Counted from the stretch's first letter, positions 45,596 to 56,061 are shown. The stretch: 64,000 bases of DNA from an uncultured Methylocapsa sp. (GCA_964440215.1 CAYTRB010000001.1:67-64066), one strand, 5' to 3'. Translations and numbers: made by a program. The notes: generated by a model from the sequence alone, not told the origin.

Positions 45596-48500
45596 TCACG
45601 CGTTGGCATCCAACTCCATGCTTAAGTCTTGAAGGTCAGCGGGCAGCAAGGGCTGCACGCTATGTTCACCCCAAAGCCTCCGGTGCCCAAGGAGACGGCG
45701 GACCACAAGGCTAATGAAGATGCCGGGGCCGCTGGAATAGATCCGCCAACCTCCTTCGACGTCAATATCAGCGGATTTGACCCGCCACCAATCGGCACTT
45801 GCGGCATAACGGTCGCCGAACGCCGCATCGCTGCTGCTGAAATAGGCGTTGCGCTGGCGCAGGTCCGCTTGCGCGAGGCAGTCCGTCACGGCGATGGGAC
45901 TTGCAAGTTGAAGGGCTTCCCAAAGCGCTTCGGCTTCGCCCAGAATCGCTAGGGCCTCCACATAGCGCAGATGCGCGTGAACATACATGAGGCCGATTTC
46001 GCGCCCGAAGTAAGACGAGGATTCGGCGCGCCTGAATATGGTTTGCAGGCCGCCCCGGTAAGTGACCGGCCGGTCGATCAGGCGGACGCCATCGGGGAAC
46101 AGCAAATGCTCGCGGATCAGCTGGAGATGATGTTCCGCCTGTCGCGGGGTAAAGAGTCCGCCGATGATGCTCTGCGTCATCGGCAGCAGCGAGTATCTGA
46201 GACCCGTGCGCGTATCGCTTGGATGCAGCAGCAGCTCGGGCTTCTCCGCGCCCGGCTCGAAAATTCCATAGCCCGCGACGGTGCCATCAGCCAGGAGATA
46301 ATGGTTGAAGTCAAGGCGCATCGCCGCCGCTAGCTCGTTCAGTTCCCCGGCACGGGTGTCGCGGCCCGACCGCCGCAGAACCTCGGCGTAGCGATTGAGC
46401 TGCTCGTACAACAGCGCGACCGTCCAGCTGCTCACCATCCAGTCCCGCATGCGGGGATCGACGGGCTGCAGAGAATCGTTCCAATCGCCCTCGCCGTAGC
46501 GGACGAGATGGGTGCCAGGGACGAAGCGCGCCCGCACCACGGCAAGCAGGCTATCGATATGTTCGGCCACGCTGTCCTGCCGCGCTGTCAATTCGAACGT
46601 ATCCTCTCGCCGCCAGGCGAGTTTCTCGTCGAGAAAGCCGAAGTCCCCGGTTGCCTCGATGTAGTCGTTGAGGGCCTTGAGCGGCCAGACGATCACATCA
46701 CCATGGCTCACCCTATCCTGGATGATCGAATAGGGTTCGAGCATGAACCATTGCGGCCAATCGCCCGTCTCATATTGCTGAGCAAAGACAATCCGCAGGA
46801 TTGCCTTCACGAGTTTATCATGTTCCAGCGCGAGCAGAAACTCGACCGGTCCCTGGCAGACATCGCGGGTTCCCCAGGCGGCGCCGGTATATTGTTCGAG
46901 CCCATGCGGCACGGTCAGATGGATCATGGCATTGTGGGCGAGCCAAGGAATCAGCGCGTTGAGCGCGGCGCCCTCACGGCCACCGCCTATGATGCGGAGG
47001 TTGCGGGTGACGCCGTCCCAATAGCGGCCAGCCGGCGCAAGAAGGTTCCGGTCGGAGGTCGCAGTCTGATATTTGACGGCAAGTTGCGCCGCCAATTCAG
47101 GATCTTTCATCGAACCAACGGCGGCGAAACAAAATTCGTGCACGGGCCCCGTGCGAAACGCAATATAAGCCCCATTGGCCCCTTGCTGGGGTTGTCTATC
47201 GGCGTAAAGCAGTTCGCCGCCGCCGATCGCTTCAACGGCATCAGGCGTGCTGGTGACCAGATGATAGACAGCGTTCGGGTAATGCTGGCCCCAGATCGAC
47301 TTTAAGTCCGGACGCAAGGAAAAGCGCTTGGCTTGCGGGTCAACTTCGATCGGGCTCTCGGTGTCGAGTTCGCGTTCGCCCAGCACCAAATGTCCGAAGA
47401 CGAGAAAGCGGCAAGCTTCGCCATCGACGGCGACGCGCCATTGCATCGCTGGGTCTTCCCCGGATGCGATGGCATGCACGCTGACCGTGCGGCTGGAAAA
47501 GCGGTAGATCCAGCGGCAATCGGAGAGGCCCATTTCGAAAGCCGAGGGAACCGCGAGCAGCCGCCAGCCTTCGCCCGCGTCGATCAATATGCGCAGACCG
47601 CTCGCGCGGGTGATATTATAAGGGTCGCGCGACACCGAAAAAAGCTTGTGAAACGATGTGTTTCCTATCGTCAGTTGGGCAGCGAACACGCCCTGCATCC
47701 AGCATGTGGCGCATAGCGTCGCCTCGTCGGGCAGCATCGACTGGCCGGAGCGCAGCAAAGTGCCGTGCCGGCGTGTGACGCGGAGCTCCTTGTCGCGAAG
47801 CACGACATGCCGGTTGCGCGGCGGATCTCGAGTGAAAAAGGAAAGAAGCTCTCCGTCTCGCGTCTCTTCGTGGAGCCGTTCGGGGTAGAGTTGCGCGAGG
47901 CCCAAAGCATCAAGCGGCTCGGCCACGGCGGCAGGCGCATCCTGCGGCAAGCTTCTGGCCGGTGGAGCGAGCACGGTGGCGGCGGTGTCCTTATTGTCCT
48001 GCACCCAATCGTGATCTAGGACATCGAGCCGGGCGAGATCGTCATCGCTCGACGCTCCGGCGTGATCGGATACGGATAGACCGAAGAAGCGCCATGTCGC
48101 ACCCGCGCCCGGTGGCAGCAAAGCTGGCTTTGATTGGATCGCGGCACAGGCGAGTTCATGCTGCAACCGTGCGTCCGGCAAGCCTGCGCCAAACGCAAAG
48201 CCAAACGCATTGCCGTCGCGAAAGGCCGGGCCGAAGAGCTGCTTCCCGTCGGTCGCAAAGCCGCACGCGCCGTCGAGGCACCCGTGTGCAACCCAGGGGT
48301 TCTGGCCGCCCTGCGCGAGGTTTTGCCGGCTCATGACTACCGGTCCGTAAACAGGGTGCCGCGCGATATGATGGTCGATATATTGCGACGCGTAGGCTTC
48401 GTTGTTCATCAGAAAGCCGCGGTCGCCGAGGCCGAGGTCCTGGATGAGAATGGCGTCGAGAGATCGCGCGGCGGCACCTGTATTCCTCGCCTCTAAATGC

Positions 48501-48868
48501 CACAGCCAAGCGGGGTTTTGCGGATGCAGAAAGAGTGTGAGGCGGTGGCGGATCCCGCTCGTCTCCGCTTCCCACACAAAACGGTCTTCAGCAAACCCGA
48601 ACCGGGCATTGGCGCCAGCACCGGCGGTTTGGAGCGGGAAGGGAGCCTCGCCCTCAACACGCAGATAAATCCGGGCTATGCCATTATCGACCGGCGAGCC
48701 GAGCAGCTGGTTGATGAGGGTCACGCCGTTCGGGCGCTGGTGTTCGATTGCGAAGATGCAGCCGTTCGGAAGAACACTGATGGACAAGCCGGCGCGATTC
48801 TCGATCCGTCGCAGGCCGAGATCACAGTCGCGCGGCGTCGTCCACCTGCGCTTGCCTGAAAACGTCAT
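45596..48868 (-). CDS. GH94-like glycoside phosphorylase/hydrolase (cellobiose/chitobiose-phosphorylase, NdvB C-terminal-domain type), 1090 aa
   Basis: Large (alpha/alpha)6-barrel-type region with GAAWGTRDVCQGPVEFLLAL...QQYETGDWPQWF and the later EGDWNDSL. N-terminal beta-sandwich-like region. GAGGAAG SD. Confidence 0.65.
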   Translation of the reverse strand: MTFSGKRRWTTPRDCDLGLRRIENRAGLSISVLPNGCIFAIEHQRPNGVTLINQLLGSPVDNGIARIYLRVEGEAPFPLQTAGAGANARFGFAEDRFVWEAETSGIRHRLTLFLHPQNPAWLWHLEARNTGAAARSLDAILIQDLGLGDRGFLMNNEAYASQYIDHHIARHPVYGPVVMSRQNLAQGGQNPWVAHGCLDGACGFATDGKQLFGPAFRDGNAFGFAFGAGLPDARLQHELACAAIQSKPALLPPGAGATWRFFGLSVSDHAGASSDDDLARLDVLDHDWVQDNKDTAATVLAPPARSLPQDAPAAVAEPLDALGLAQLYPERLHEETRDGELLSFFTRDPPRNRHVVLRDKELRVTRRHGTLLRSGQSMLPDEATLCATCWMQGVFAAQLTIGNTSFHKLFSVSRDPYNITRASGLRILIDAGEGWRLLAVPSAFEMGLSDCRWIYRFSSRTVSVHAIASGEDPAMQWRVAVDGEACRFLVFGHLVLGERELDTESPIEVDPQAKRFSLRPDLKSIWGQHYPNAVYHLVTSTPDAVEAIGGGELLYADRQPQQGANGAYIAFRTGPVHEFCFAAVGSMKDPELAAQLAVKYQTATSDRNLLAPAGRYWDGVTRNLRIIGGGREGAALNALIPWLAHNAMIHLTVPHGLEQYTGAAWGTRDVCQGPVEFLLALEHDKLVKAILRIVFAQQYETGDWPQWFMLEPYSIIQDRVSHGDVIVWPLKALNDYIEATGDFGFLDEKLAWRREDTFELTARQDSVAEHIDSLLAVVRARFVPGTHLVRYGEGDWNDSLQPVDPRMRDWMVSSWTVALLYEQLNRYAEVLRRSGRDTRAGELNELAAAMRLDFNHYLLADGTVAGYGIFEPGAEKPELLLHPSDTRTGLRYSLLPMTQSIIGGLFTPRQAEHHLQLIREHLLFPDGVRLIDRPVTYRGGLQTIFRRAESSSYFGREIGLMYVHAHLRYVEALAILGEAEALWEALQLASPIAVTDCLAQADLRQRNAYFSSSDAAFGDRYAASADWWRVKSADIDVEGGWRIYSSGPGIFISLVVRRLLGHRRLWGEHSVQPLLPADLQDLSMELDANA

Positions 48869-49003
48869 CTGCTTCCTCGCCTTGTGGTTTGTCGAGAATA
48901 GAGAAGCGCTGCCCGATAAGGTGGAATGACGTCACAGGAAAGAATGCGCTCAAAAGAGTCCATCAGATCGGGACATGTGGTCGAGCGGTTGGGCTAGAGA
49001 TTG

Positions 49004-49097
49004 GGATCCTCTGATCGAAATGGAATCGCTCAAATTCAAAGAATTGGAGCCTGCCGGAATCGAAAAAGCCGATCAACATTTTCGGAGCAAGCTCTAG
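49004..49097 (+). repeat. intergenic repeat element, copy b
   Basis: See copies d and c: 57/81 ungapped identity with 5139-5219 and 33/41 with the reverse complement of 27748-27788. Ends in ...GCTCTAG, like copy c. Confidence 0.65.
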
Positions 49098-49258
49098 CTC
49101 AAAAGCGAAGATGCGGCTACCGGAAATGAATTTCCGGTCCTGCCGGACCCGCCAGCTGCGGGTGCCGGACACTGTCTGTCTTATCTAAACGGTGGGGGAA
49201 CGTTTTGATTTGTCGCGCCCCAGCGCATCGGCGGGTTACTTTCCGTGCCGCGTGCAGA

Positions 49259-49849
49259 TCAGGGCCAAGCGGGCCATAGCGGTTGCGACCTGACGACGGG
49301 ATTGGCCTGCCAAGCCCGAACCGGGGCGGCTGTCCGCCTCACCGGCGCGTAGGCGAGGGCATTATGATGTCTCGGGTGCCATGCGGCATAGGCCGTTCCT
49401 GAGCTGTGGAAATGGTGCGCATAGCTTGTGCTTGAAGGCGATCCATATATATGGATCGAGCCACCCTCGGCTTGCACCAAGTGGTATAGAATCGCGGCAT
49501 TGCCAGGGGCGATACGCACGCAGCCGTGCGAGGCGGGATGGCCAAGGGATCCCGTCGAATACGTGCCATGAATCGCATAGCCGCCGGCGAAAAAGATGGA
49601 ATAAGGCATTGGCGACATGTGGTATTTGTGCGAAAAATGGGAGCGCTGCAAACTGTAGGGCCGGTAGGTGCCGCGCGGAGTCCGGTAGCCCGAGCGGGCC
49701 GTCGAAACCCGCCAGTCATAGCTGCCGCTCGCTGAGCTCACATGCATGGTCTGCGAGCTCAGATCGATATTGATCTGCACCGATGCTTCAGCCTCCGGAA
49801 TGGTGAGGAACCCACAAGTGAGTGCGCAAGCACTTAAGATACCACGCAT
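49259..49849 (-). CDS. L,D-transpeptidase (YkuD domain)
   Basis: Signal peptide, then the catalytic motif IHGTYSTGSLGHPASHGCVRIAPGNA. AGAGGAG SD. Confidence 0.9.
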   Translation of the reverse strand: MRGILSACALTCGFLTIPEAEASVQINIDLSSQTMHVSSASGSYDWRVSTARSGYRTPRGTYRPYSLQRSHFSHKYHMSPMPYSIFFAGGYAIHGTYSTGSLGHPASHGCVRIAPGNAAILYHLVQAEGGSIHIYGSPSSTSYAHHFHSSGTAYAAWHPRHHNALAYAPVRRTAAPVRAWQANPVVRSQPLWPAWP

Positions 49850-50041
49850 AATGTGCTCCTCTTGGAGGCTTCGAAAGCAAGCTTCCGAAGCAATCTCAAT
49901 TTTTAAATTTCAGGTAAATTGCAAAGCTTCCGTGAGGTTTTCGAAAAGTGCCTCTCTGGCATGACAAAATGGGGTACGCGTGGTTAATTTTTCTATAATC
50001 CGTCCTGTTACGTTAACATTTTTCTCCGCTTGAATCTGACG

Positions 50042-50572
50042 CTAAAGCGCTCTGACCGCGGCGAGCACCGCTTCGGCGTGACCGGGGACCTTCACCTTGT
50101 TCCATACCGTTGTGATCTGGCCGTCCTTGCCGATGAGGAAGGTCGTGCGCTCGACCCCCATGTATTTCCGGCCATACATGCTTTTTTCAGCCCACACGCC
50201 ATAGGCTTCAAGCATCGCCTTTGATTCGTCGGCCGCGAGTGCGATATCAAGCTTATGTTTGGTCTTGAACTTTGCATGGCTTGCTACACTATCTGGCGAT
50301 ACACCAAGAATTGCCGCGCCGGCCTTTTTGAATTCGCCCCGCAAGCCGTTAAAGTCGATCGCTTCCTTCGTGCAGCCGGAGGTATCGTCCTTCGGATAGA
50401 AATAGAGAACGAGAGTCTGGCCGGCAAAACTCGCGAGGGAAATATTGGCTCCCGAATCAACCGCTAACTCGAAATCCGGAGCTTTGTTCCCAGGACCGAG
50501 CTTTTTCCTCGCAGGCTCGGCCAAATTCTTTTTATCGTTCTTCGATTGTTCATTCGACGCGTTTTTATTCAT
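50042..50572 (-). CDS. bcp: thiol peroxidase Bcp / peroxiredoxin Q
   Basis: LVLYFYPKDDTSGCTKEA active-site motif, later GVSPDS...K..L. ATG 50572 has an AAGGAAGG SD. Carries a Lys/Asn-rich N-terminal extension of about 25 aa. Confidence 0.9.
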   Translation of the reverse strand: MNKNASNEQSKNDKKNLAEPARKKLGPGNKAPDFELAVDSGANISLASFAGQTLVLYFYPKDDTSGCTKEAIDFNGLRGEFKKAGAAILGVSPDSVASHAKFKTKHKLDIALAADESKAMLEAYGVWAEKSMYGRKYMGVERTTFLIGKDGQITTVWNKVKVPGHAEAVLAAVRAL

Positions 50573-50891
50573 GGGCCTTCCTTTCGTCACATTGAACGGC
50601 GATTGGCAGAGCCCAACCTTTCGCTGCTGTGCGCCGTGCGTTTTTTCGATAGAGCGCCTATCCGATAAATGCGTATAGTGGCACAGGGTCAAAGTTTCCA
50701 GCTTCAGCTTGCTTTTGAAAGGCCGCGAGCGGTTGGTCGGACATGAGAATGAACATCCAGCCGGGTCGCGGACTTGGCTTGGACAGTGGCTGCGCCGGCA
50801 AGGTGGAGCGGCGAATGCCTCTCCGTGCACTGGGCTGAAGCGTAGCCGCAGGCGCGGGCCCGCACGGTTTGCCTGGACCACTTGCAAGCTG

Positions 50892-53800
50892 ATGCTGGGA
50901 TTAGCTTTACTGGCACTCATTTGCGGCGGTTTCTTCGTCGCCCGCATCACGCTGGGGCCGCTTTCGATCAAAGGTCTCGGGCCGCAAATCGCGCATGCCC
51001 TCGACGAGCGTTTCGGCCGTGGCTATGAATTCAGCTTCGGGGAAACGGCAATCGTCAAGAATGGCTATGCGCCAGCTTTGAGCATCGACAAATTGTCGAT
51101 TAAGGAACGCTCCGGCCACACGCTCTTGACCGCCCCGCGCGCCGAAGTGTCGGTCGATCCTTTTGCCCTCATTCTCGGCCGCGTGACACCAAAACAACTC
51201 GAAATCTTCGACGTCGAGGTGCATTTGGCGTTACGGCCAGACGGTTCGCTCGCCCTGCCGGTTTCGTCTGACTCCCTGGATGCCGTGGCGCTTACGCCGC
51301 CGCTGGCCTCGGCGCTTGCGGCGGAGGGCAATTCGCCGCCTGCGAACGCGGGCGCGCCAAATCGCGCTCAAGACCCCGCGGCAATGCCGCCGCGCGCTTT
51401 GCTTGTCAAGCAGATGGCTGCATCGATCCGGCTCATCATCGACACGCTGACCAATCCGGAAAGTCCGGCCGCGGCGATCGATCGTATCGGAATCACGCGC
51501 GGTAAGCTTGTCATCGATGACGAGACCACCGGCCAAACGCTGGTCTTCAATGGCGTCAATCTCGAATTCGCGAAAGCCTTCGGCGCCACGCGGTTCAATC
51601 TTTCCGTCGAGGGGCCGAACGGCCGCTGGTTGGCCTCGGGCGTTGCCGATGGGAAGCCCGGCTCCGATCGCGGGCTCAAGCTTTCGTTCGCCAATCTCTC
51701 TCTCGATGAAATCTTGCTTGCGACAGGTTCGCGCACGATCGGCGCCGATTTCGATATGCCGCTGTCCGGCAAGCTCAGCCTCCGTTTGCAAGGCGGCGAC
51801 ACGCTTTCGGAAGCGGCAGGTCAATTCGAACTTGGCGCCGGTTACCTGCGGTTCGACAATCCCAACGATGAACCCATGATGGTCGACGAGATCAATGGCG
51901 GATTTCACTGGGATTCGGCGGCGCGGCGCATCGTTCTCGATCATTGGCGGCTAGCGGCGGGGGCGACGCATTTCGCGGTTTCCGGGGCGGTGAAGCCCCC
52001 GGTTCGCGAGGGCGATCCGTGGTCGATCGGGCTTATCAATGCGGAGCCGGGCGTCTCGGGTCCCGAGCGGCCCGGCGAAAAGCCCGTCCTCATTGATCAC
52101 GTCGGCGTCGCGGCGCGGCTTTTTCTAACGGAAAAAAAATTCCTCATCGACCGGTTCTCTTTCAGCGGTCCGCAGTGCGGCTTTGCCATGGCCGGAGCGA
52201 TCGATTGGATCAGTGGACCCCACATAAGGCTTGGCGCCTCGATCTCGCCGACCCCGGTCAGTGCCGCCATGCGCCTCTGGCCATCCTTCCTCGCGCCGCC
52301 GGTCAAGTCCTATTTGCTTCCCCGCGTCCGCGAGGGAACATTGCAGAAGGGCACGATGCAGATCGATTTCGATGCCGCCGATTTGCAGGCCATGATGGCG
52401 GATCGCCCGCCTCCGGATGAAAAGTCCGCGGTCGATTTTACGATCGCCAACGCGAGCCTCGAATTTTTGTCCGGCGTGCCGCCTTTGCGCGGCATCAATG
52501 GGGTCGGCCATATGACCGGCCGGACCGCGACTTTCACGGTCGCGAACGCGGCCCTGGATGCTGGCGATGACCGCGTGTTGAGCCTATCGGGTGGCAGCTT
52601 CCATATTGCCGACACCGGGTTGAAACCGACGCCCGCCGTCATAGAAGCCAGGGTGACGGGCAGCGTCGAGGCGGTCGGACAGCTTCTATCGTATGACGCT
52701 CTTAAGCCCTATGCCAATCTTCCGCTCGATCCCGCGACCTTGCGGGGACAGAACGACGGCACGCTCGAACTCGATATGAAGCTTGGCCCCAACATGGGAC
52801 CGGCCGACATTACGCTCAAGATCAATACCGATGTTACCAATTTTACCGCCGAAAGGCTGATCGGCAACGAGAAGCTCGACGCCGCGACACTGAATGTCAA
52901 CGTGGATCCTGCCGGCGGCCTAAAAACGAGCGGACAGGGCATGATGTTCGGCGTGCCGGTGACGATCGCCATGACGCGGCTGCCGGGTAAGGCCGCCGAA
53001 GCATCGATTGCGATGACTCTCGACGATGCCGCCCGCACAAGGCTAGGTTTTGGTTCGATCCCAGGGCTGAGTGGCCCAATCGGTGCCAAAATGAGTGCTC
53101 CGATCGGAACCGGGGAAAAGCCCAAGGCGCGGGTCGAACTTGATTTGAGTCACGCTGACTTTGAGATTTCTGGAATTTCAAAACCCGCCGGCCAACCGGG
53201 AAAAATGACATTCGTGCTGGCCGTCAATGACACTGGATCATTGCTCGATCAACTTGTTATCGATGCCGGAACCATTCAGTTGCGGGGCACTGCAAACCTC
53301 GGCACGGATTTTTCTCTTATTGCGGCAAGATTTCCACAGGCCAAACTATCGGTTGGCGATGATATGAAAATCGATGTGACAAGGGCCGGCGAGACGATGA
53401 AAGTCGTCGTTCAGGGCACCACGATCGATGCAAGGCCATTCTTGAAATCGTTGATTTTCAGCCCTCCGGAACACGCTAGCGACGTGGCGGGCACCGGTGA
53501 CGATCATAAGGACGCCGGCCCGATCAAGGAGATCGAGTATGATGTTAAATCCGCCATTCTCAGCGGATACAACAAGGTTAACATCACCGAGGCTGATTTG
53601 AGCTATGCTAAACGCGGGGACCAGATAAGGAAATTCACTTTTGCCGGGACCTTCGGCCGGCAACCGATATCGAGCAATCTCACCGGCGGCGGCACAGCTC
53701 CTCTGCTCAATCTTGTCAGCGAGGACGCGGGATCGCTTCTGTTATTCCTAGACCTCTACACCCATATGGACGGCGGCCGTCTTACGGTCGGCTTGCGTCT

Positions 53801-54305
53801 CGCGGATAAGCTCGGCGGCGTCCTGGTGATAGACAATTTTGTGTTGCGCGACGAACCCGCCTTGCGCAGGCTCGTGCTTGAGGGCGCGCCGCCGCGCGAT
53901 GCCCAGGGCCACACCCAAAAGATCGACGCCGATGCGATTGCTTTCAACAAATTGCAGGTGCGCTTCCGCCGTGACGGCAGCCGTCTCGATCTCAGCGAAG
54001 GCACGATGCATGGCGAGGCCATAGGGTTGACGGTCGAAGGCGGTCTCGATTTCGTGCGCGATCAGGTGAATTTGAGCGGCACTTTCGTTCCCGTCTATTC
54101 ATTTAACAATATGTTCGCGCAAATACCGGTCTTCGGCTATATCCTCGCGGGAGGATCGAACGAAGGCTTGATCGGGGTCAATTTCCGGATCACCGGTATG
54201 GCCAGCGCGCCGACCCTCAACATCAATCCTCTTTCGGCGATCGCACCGGGAATTTTCCGTCAGATCTTTGGCGTCTCCGATTTCGATCCCATGCGCCCTC
54301 AGTGA
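50892..54305 (+). CDS. large AsmA-like / DUF3971-type envelope protein (about 1137 aa)
   Basis: N-terminal anchor MLGLALLALICGGFFVARITLGPLSIKGL, a long beta-rich repetitive body, and a C-terminal GLIGVNFRITGMASAPTLNINPLSAIAPGIFRQIF typical of AsmA/YhdP-like proteins. The start could be further upstream (TTG 50709). Confidence 0.75.
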   Translation: MLGLALLALICGGFFVARITLGPLSIKGLGPQIAHALDERFGRGYEFSFGETAIVKNGYAPALSIDKLSIKERSGHTLLTAPRAEVSVDPFALILGRVTPKQLEIFDVEVHLALRPDGSLALPVSSDSLDAVALTPPLASALAAEGNSPPANAGAPNRAQDPAAMPPRALLVKQMAASIRLIIDTLTNPESPAAAIDRIGITRGKLVIDDETTGQTLVFNGVNLEFAKAFGATRFNLSVEGPNGRWLASGVADGKPGSDRGLKLSFANLSLDEILLATGSRTIGADFDMPLSGKLSLRLQGGDTLSEAAGQFELGAGYLRFDNPNDEPMMVDEINGGFHWDSAARRIVLDHWRLAAGATHFAVSGAVKPPVREGDPWSIGLINAEPGVSGPERPGEKPVLIDHVGVAARLFLTEKKFLIDRFSFSGPQCGFAMAGAIDWISGPHIRLGASISPTPVSAAMRLWPSFLAPPVKSYLLPRVREGTLQKGTMQIDFDAADLQAMMADRPPPDEKSAVDFTIANASLEFLSGVPPLRGINGVGHMTGRTATFTVANAALDAGDDRVLSLSGGSFHIADTGLKPTPAVIEARVTGSVEAVGQLLSYDALKPYANLPLDPATLRGQNDGTLELDMKLGPNMGPADITLKINTDVTNFTAERLIGNEKLDAATLNVNVDPAGGLKTSGQGMMFGVPVTIAMTRLPGKAAEASIAMTLDDAARTRLGFGSIPGLSGPIGAKMSAPIGTGEKPKARVELDLSHADFEISGISKPAGQPGKMTFVLAVNDTGSLLDQLVIDAGTIQLRGTANLGTDFSLIAARFPQAKLSVGDDMKIDVTRAGETMKVVVQGTTIDARPFLKSLIFSPPEHASDVAGTGDDHKDAGPIKEIEYDVKSAILSGYNKVNITEADLSYAKRGDQIRKFTFAGTFGRQPISSNLTGGGTAPLLNLVSEDAGSLLLFLDLYTHMDGGRLTVGLRLADKLGGVLVIDNFVLRDEPALRRLVLEGAPPRDAQGHTQKIDADAIAFNKLQVRFRRDGSRLDLSEGTMHGEAIGLTVEGGLDFVRDQVNLSGTFVPVYSFNNMFAQIPVFGYILAGGSNEGLIGVNFRITGMASAPTLNINPLSAIAPGIFRQIFGVSDFDPMRPQ

Positions 54306-54354
54306 GGGGGCGATGTCCACCGGTCTCGAAAAAAGTCCTATTCGTCTCTTCGTC

Positions 54355-54579
54355 TCATGCGTCCGCCAATTCAAGCCGCTTCTCTATGCGCGTGATGCGC
54401 GTTTCGATGCGGTCGAAACGAACTGAATGTCCGGCAAGTTGGACTTGCACATGCGCAAGGTTTGTCTCGATATGTCCGACGCGAGTTGTCAAATCATCGA
54501 GTCTCTGCTCGATGCGATCGACAGCCCACCTGATATGACAGAGGTGTTCGAGAACGAGATTATCAGGACTATCTGGCAT
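54355..54579 (-). CDS. small coiled-coil protein (74 aa), hypothetical
   Basis: Heptad-like internal repeats (DRIEQRLDDL...FDRIETRITRIEKRLEL). The start lies 14 nt after the tyrS stop on the same strand. Confidence 0.4.
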   Translation of the reverse strand: MPDSPDNLVLEHLCHIRWAVDRIEQRLDDLTTRVGHIETNLAHVQVQLAGHSVRFDRIETRITRIEKRLELADA

Positions 54580-54593
54580 CGGCCTATCTTTGG

Positions 54594-55853
54594 TTAAATG
54601 ACCTTCAATAAAATATGCCGCTTTTTCCCGAGCGACAGCTTTACGACGCTTTCGGTGACATCTGTTAATCCTATCATGGCTCGTTCATCCGTGACCGTCT
54701 GATCATTGACTTTGAGGCCGCCTCCCTTGATCTGCCGCCGGGCTTCGCCGGTCGAGGCGACAAGCCCCGCCTTGACGAAAGCGGCGAGCACCCCAAGCCC
54801 GGCTTCGATGTCGGCGGCTTCGATTTCGACGCTCGGAAGGTTTTCCGCAGTCGCATTTTCTTCGAAGGTTTTTCGCGCCGTCTCCGCCGCCTGGAGAGCA
54901 GCCTCGCGCCCATGCAGCATGGCGGTCGCTTCGGTCGCGAGAATTTTCTTCGCTTCGTTGATCTCGCTGCCGCCCAATGTTTCGAGCCTGGCGATTTCAT
55001 CGAGCGGCAACTCGGTGAAGAGTTTCAGAAACCGCCCGGTGTCCGCATCCTCGCAATTGCGCCAATATTGCCAATATTCGAAAATGGGGAGCATGTTTTC
55101 GTCGAGCCAAACCGCGCCCTGCGCGGTCTTGCCCATTTTGGCGCCCGAGCCCGTCGTCAGCAACGGCGAGGTCAAGCCATAGAGCTGGCGCGTGCCCATC
55201 CGGCGGCCGAGATCGATCCCGGTGACGATGTTGCCCCATTGATCCGAGCCGCCCATCTGCAAGACGCAGTTGTGGCGCTTGCAAAGCTCGACAAAATCAT
55301 AGGCCTGAAGGCACATGTAATTGAATTCGAGGAAGGACAGTTCCTGATCGCGTTCGAGCCGGAGTTTCACCGAATCCATCGAAAGCATCCGGTTGACCGA
55401 GAAATGGCGGCCGGTGTCGCGCAGAAAATCGATGTAGTTGAGGGATGCAAGCCAATCCGCGTTATCCTGCATGATCGCGTCCTGCTTGCCTTCGCCGAAG
55501 TTCAGGAACTTCGCGAAGACGCGTTTGATTCCATCCTTATTGGCGGCAATCGTCTCAAGCGGGAGCAATTGACGGCTCGCGTCCTTGCCGGAGGGATCGC
55601 CGACCTGCGATGTGCCGCCGCCCATGAGCACGATCGGCTTGCCGCCGGTTTTTTGCAGACAGCGCAGGAGCATGATTGGGACGAGGGAGCCAGCATGCAG
55701 CGAAGCTGCCGTGCAGTCGAACCCGATATAGGCGATGAGCTCGCCACTCTTTGCTAATTGATCGAGCCCCGCGAGATCGGAGCATTGATGCAGAAAACCG
55801 CGCTCGGTGAGCGTGCGGAGAAAGCCGGATTGAGGAGAAAAATCACCGGTCAC
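54594..55853 (-). CDS. tyrS: tyrosine--tRNA ligase
   Basis: [14 protein letters not shown] (HIGH-type), KMGKT (KMSKS-type), C-terminal S4-like domain. The start is tentatively GTG 55853, giving 419 aa; the ORF-track start 56057 gives an implausible extension. Confidence 0.9.
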   Translation of the reverse strand: MTGDFSPQSGFLRTLTERGFLHQCSDLAGLDQLAKSGELIAYIGFDCTAASLHAGSLVPIMLLRCLQKTGGKPIVLMGGGTSQVGDPSGKDASRQLLPLETIAANKDGIKRVFAKFLNFGEGKQDAIMQDNADWLASLNYIDFLRDTGRHFSVNRMLSMDSVKLRLERDQELSFLEFNYMCLQAYDFVELCKRHNCVLQMGGSDQWGNIVTGIDLGRRMGTRQLYGLTSPLLTTGSGAKMGKTAQGAVWLDENMLPIFEYWQYWRNCEDADTGRFLKLFTELPLDEIARLETLGGSEINEAKKILATEATAMLHGREAALQAAETARKTFEENATAENLPSVEIEAADIEAGLGVLAAFVKAGLVASTGEARRQIKGGGLKVNDQTVTDERAMIGLTDVTESVVKLSLGKKRHILLKVI

Positions 55854-56061
55854 GGGAAGCCTTTGCGCAAAACGATCGTACCCTTGCAAGGAACGGGCGC
55901 GATCCCCTCGGATTGATGAAGCCGTGAGGTTTAGGGGGAAGGGCGCCCCAATGCAACGGGCTGCTGACGGACCGCCGGGTGATTGGCTACTCTTGAAAAA
56001 GCGATTTGCGAAGCGTACCAAATGGATCGTCAGCGGAAGGCATCGGGAGAAAGCCACTCAA

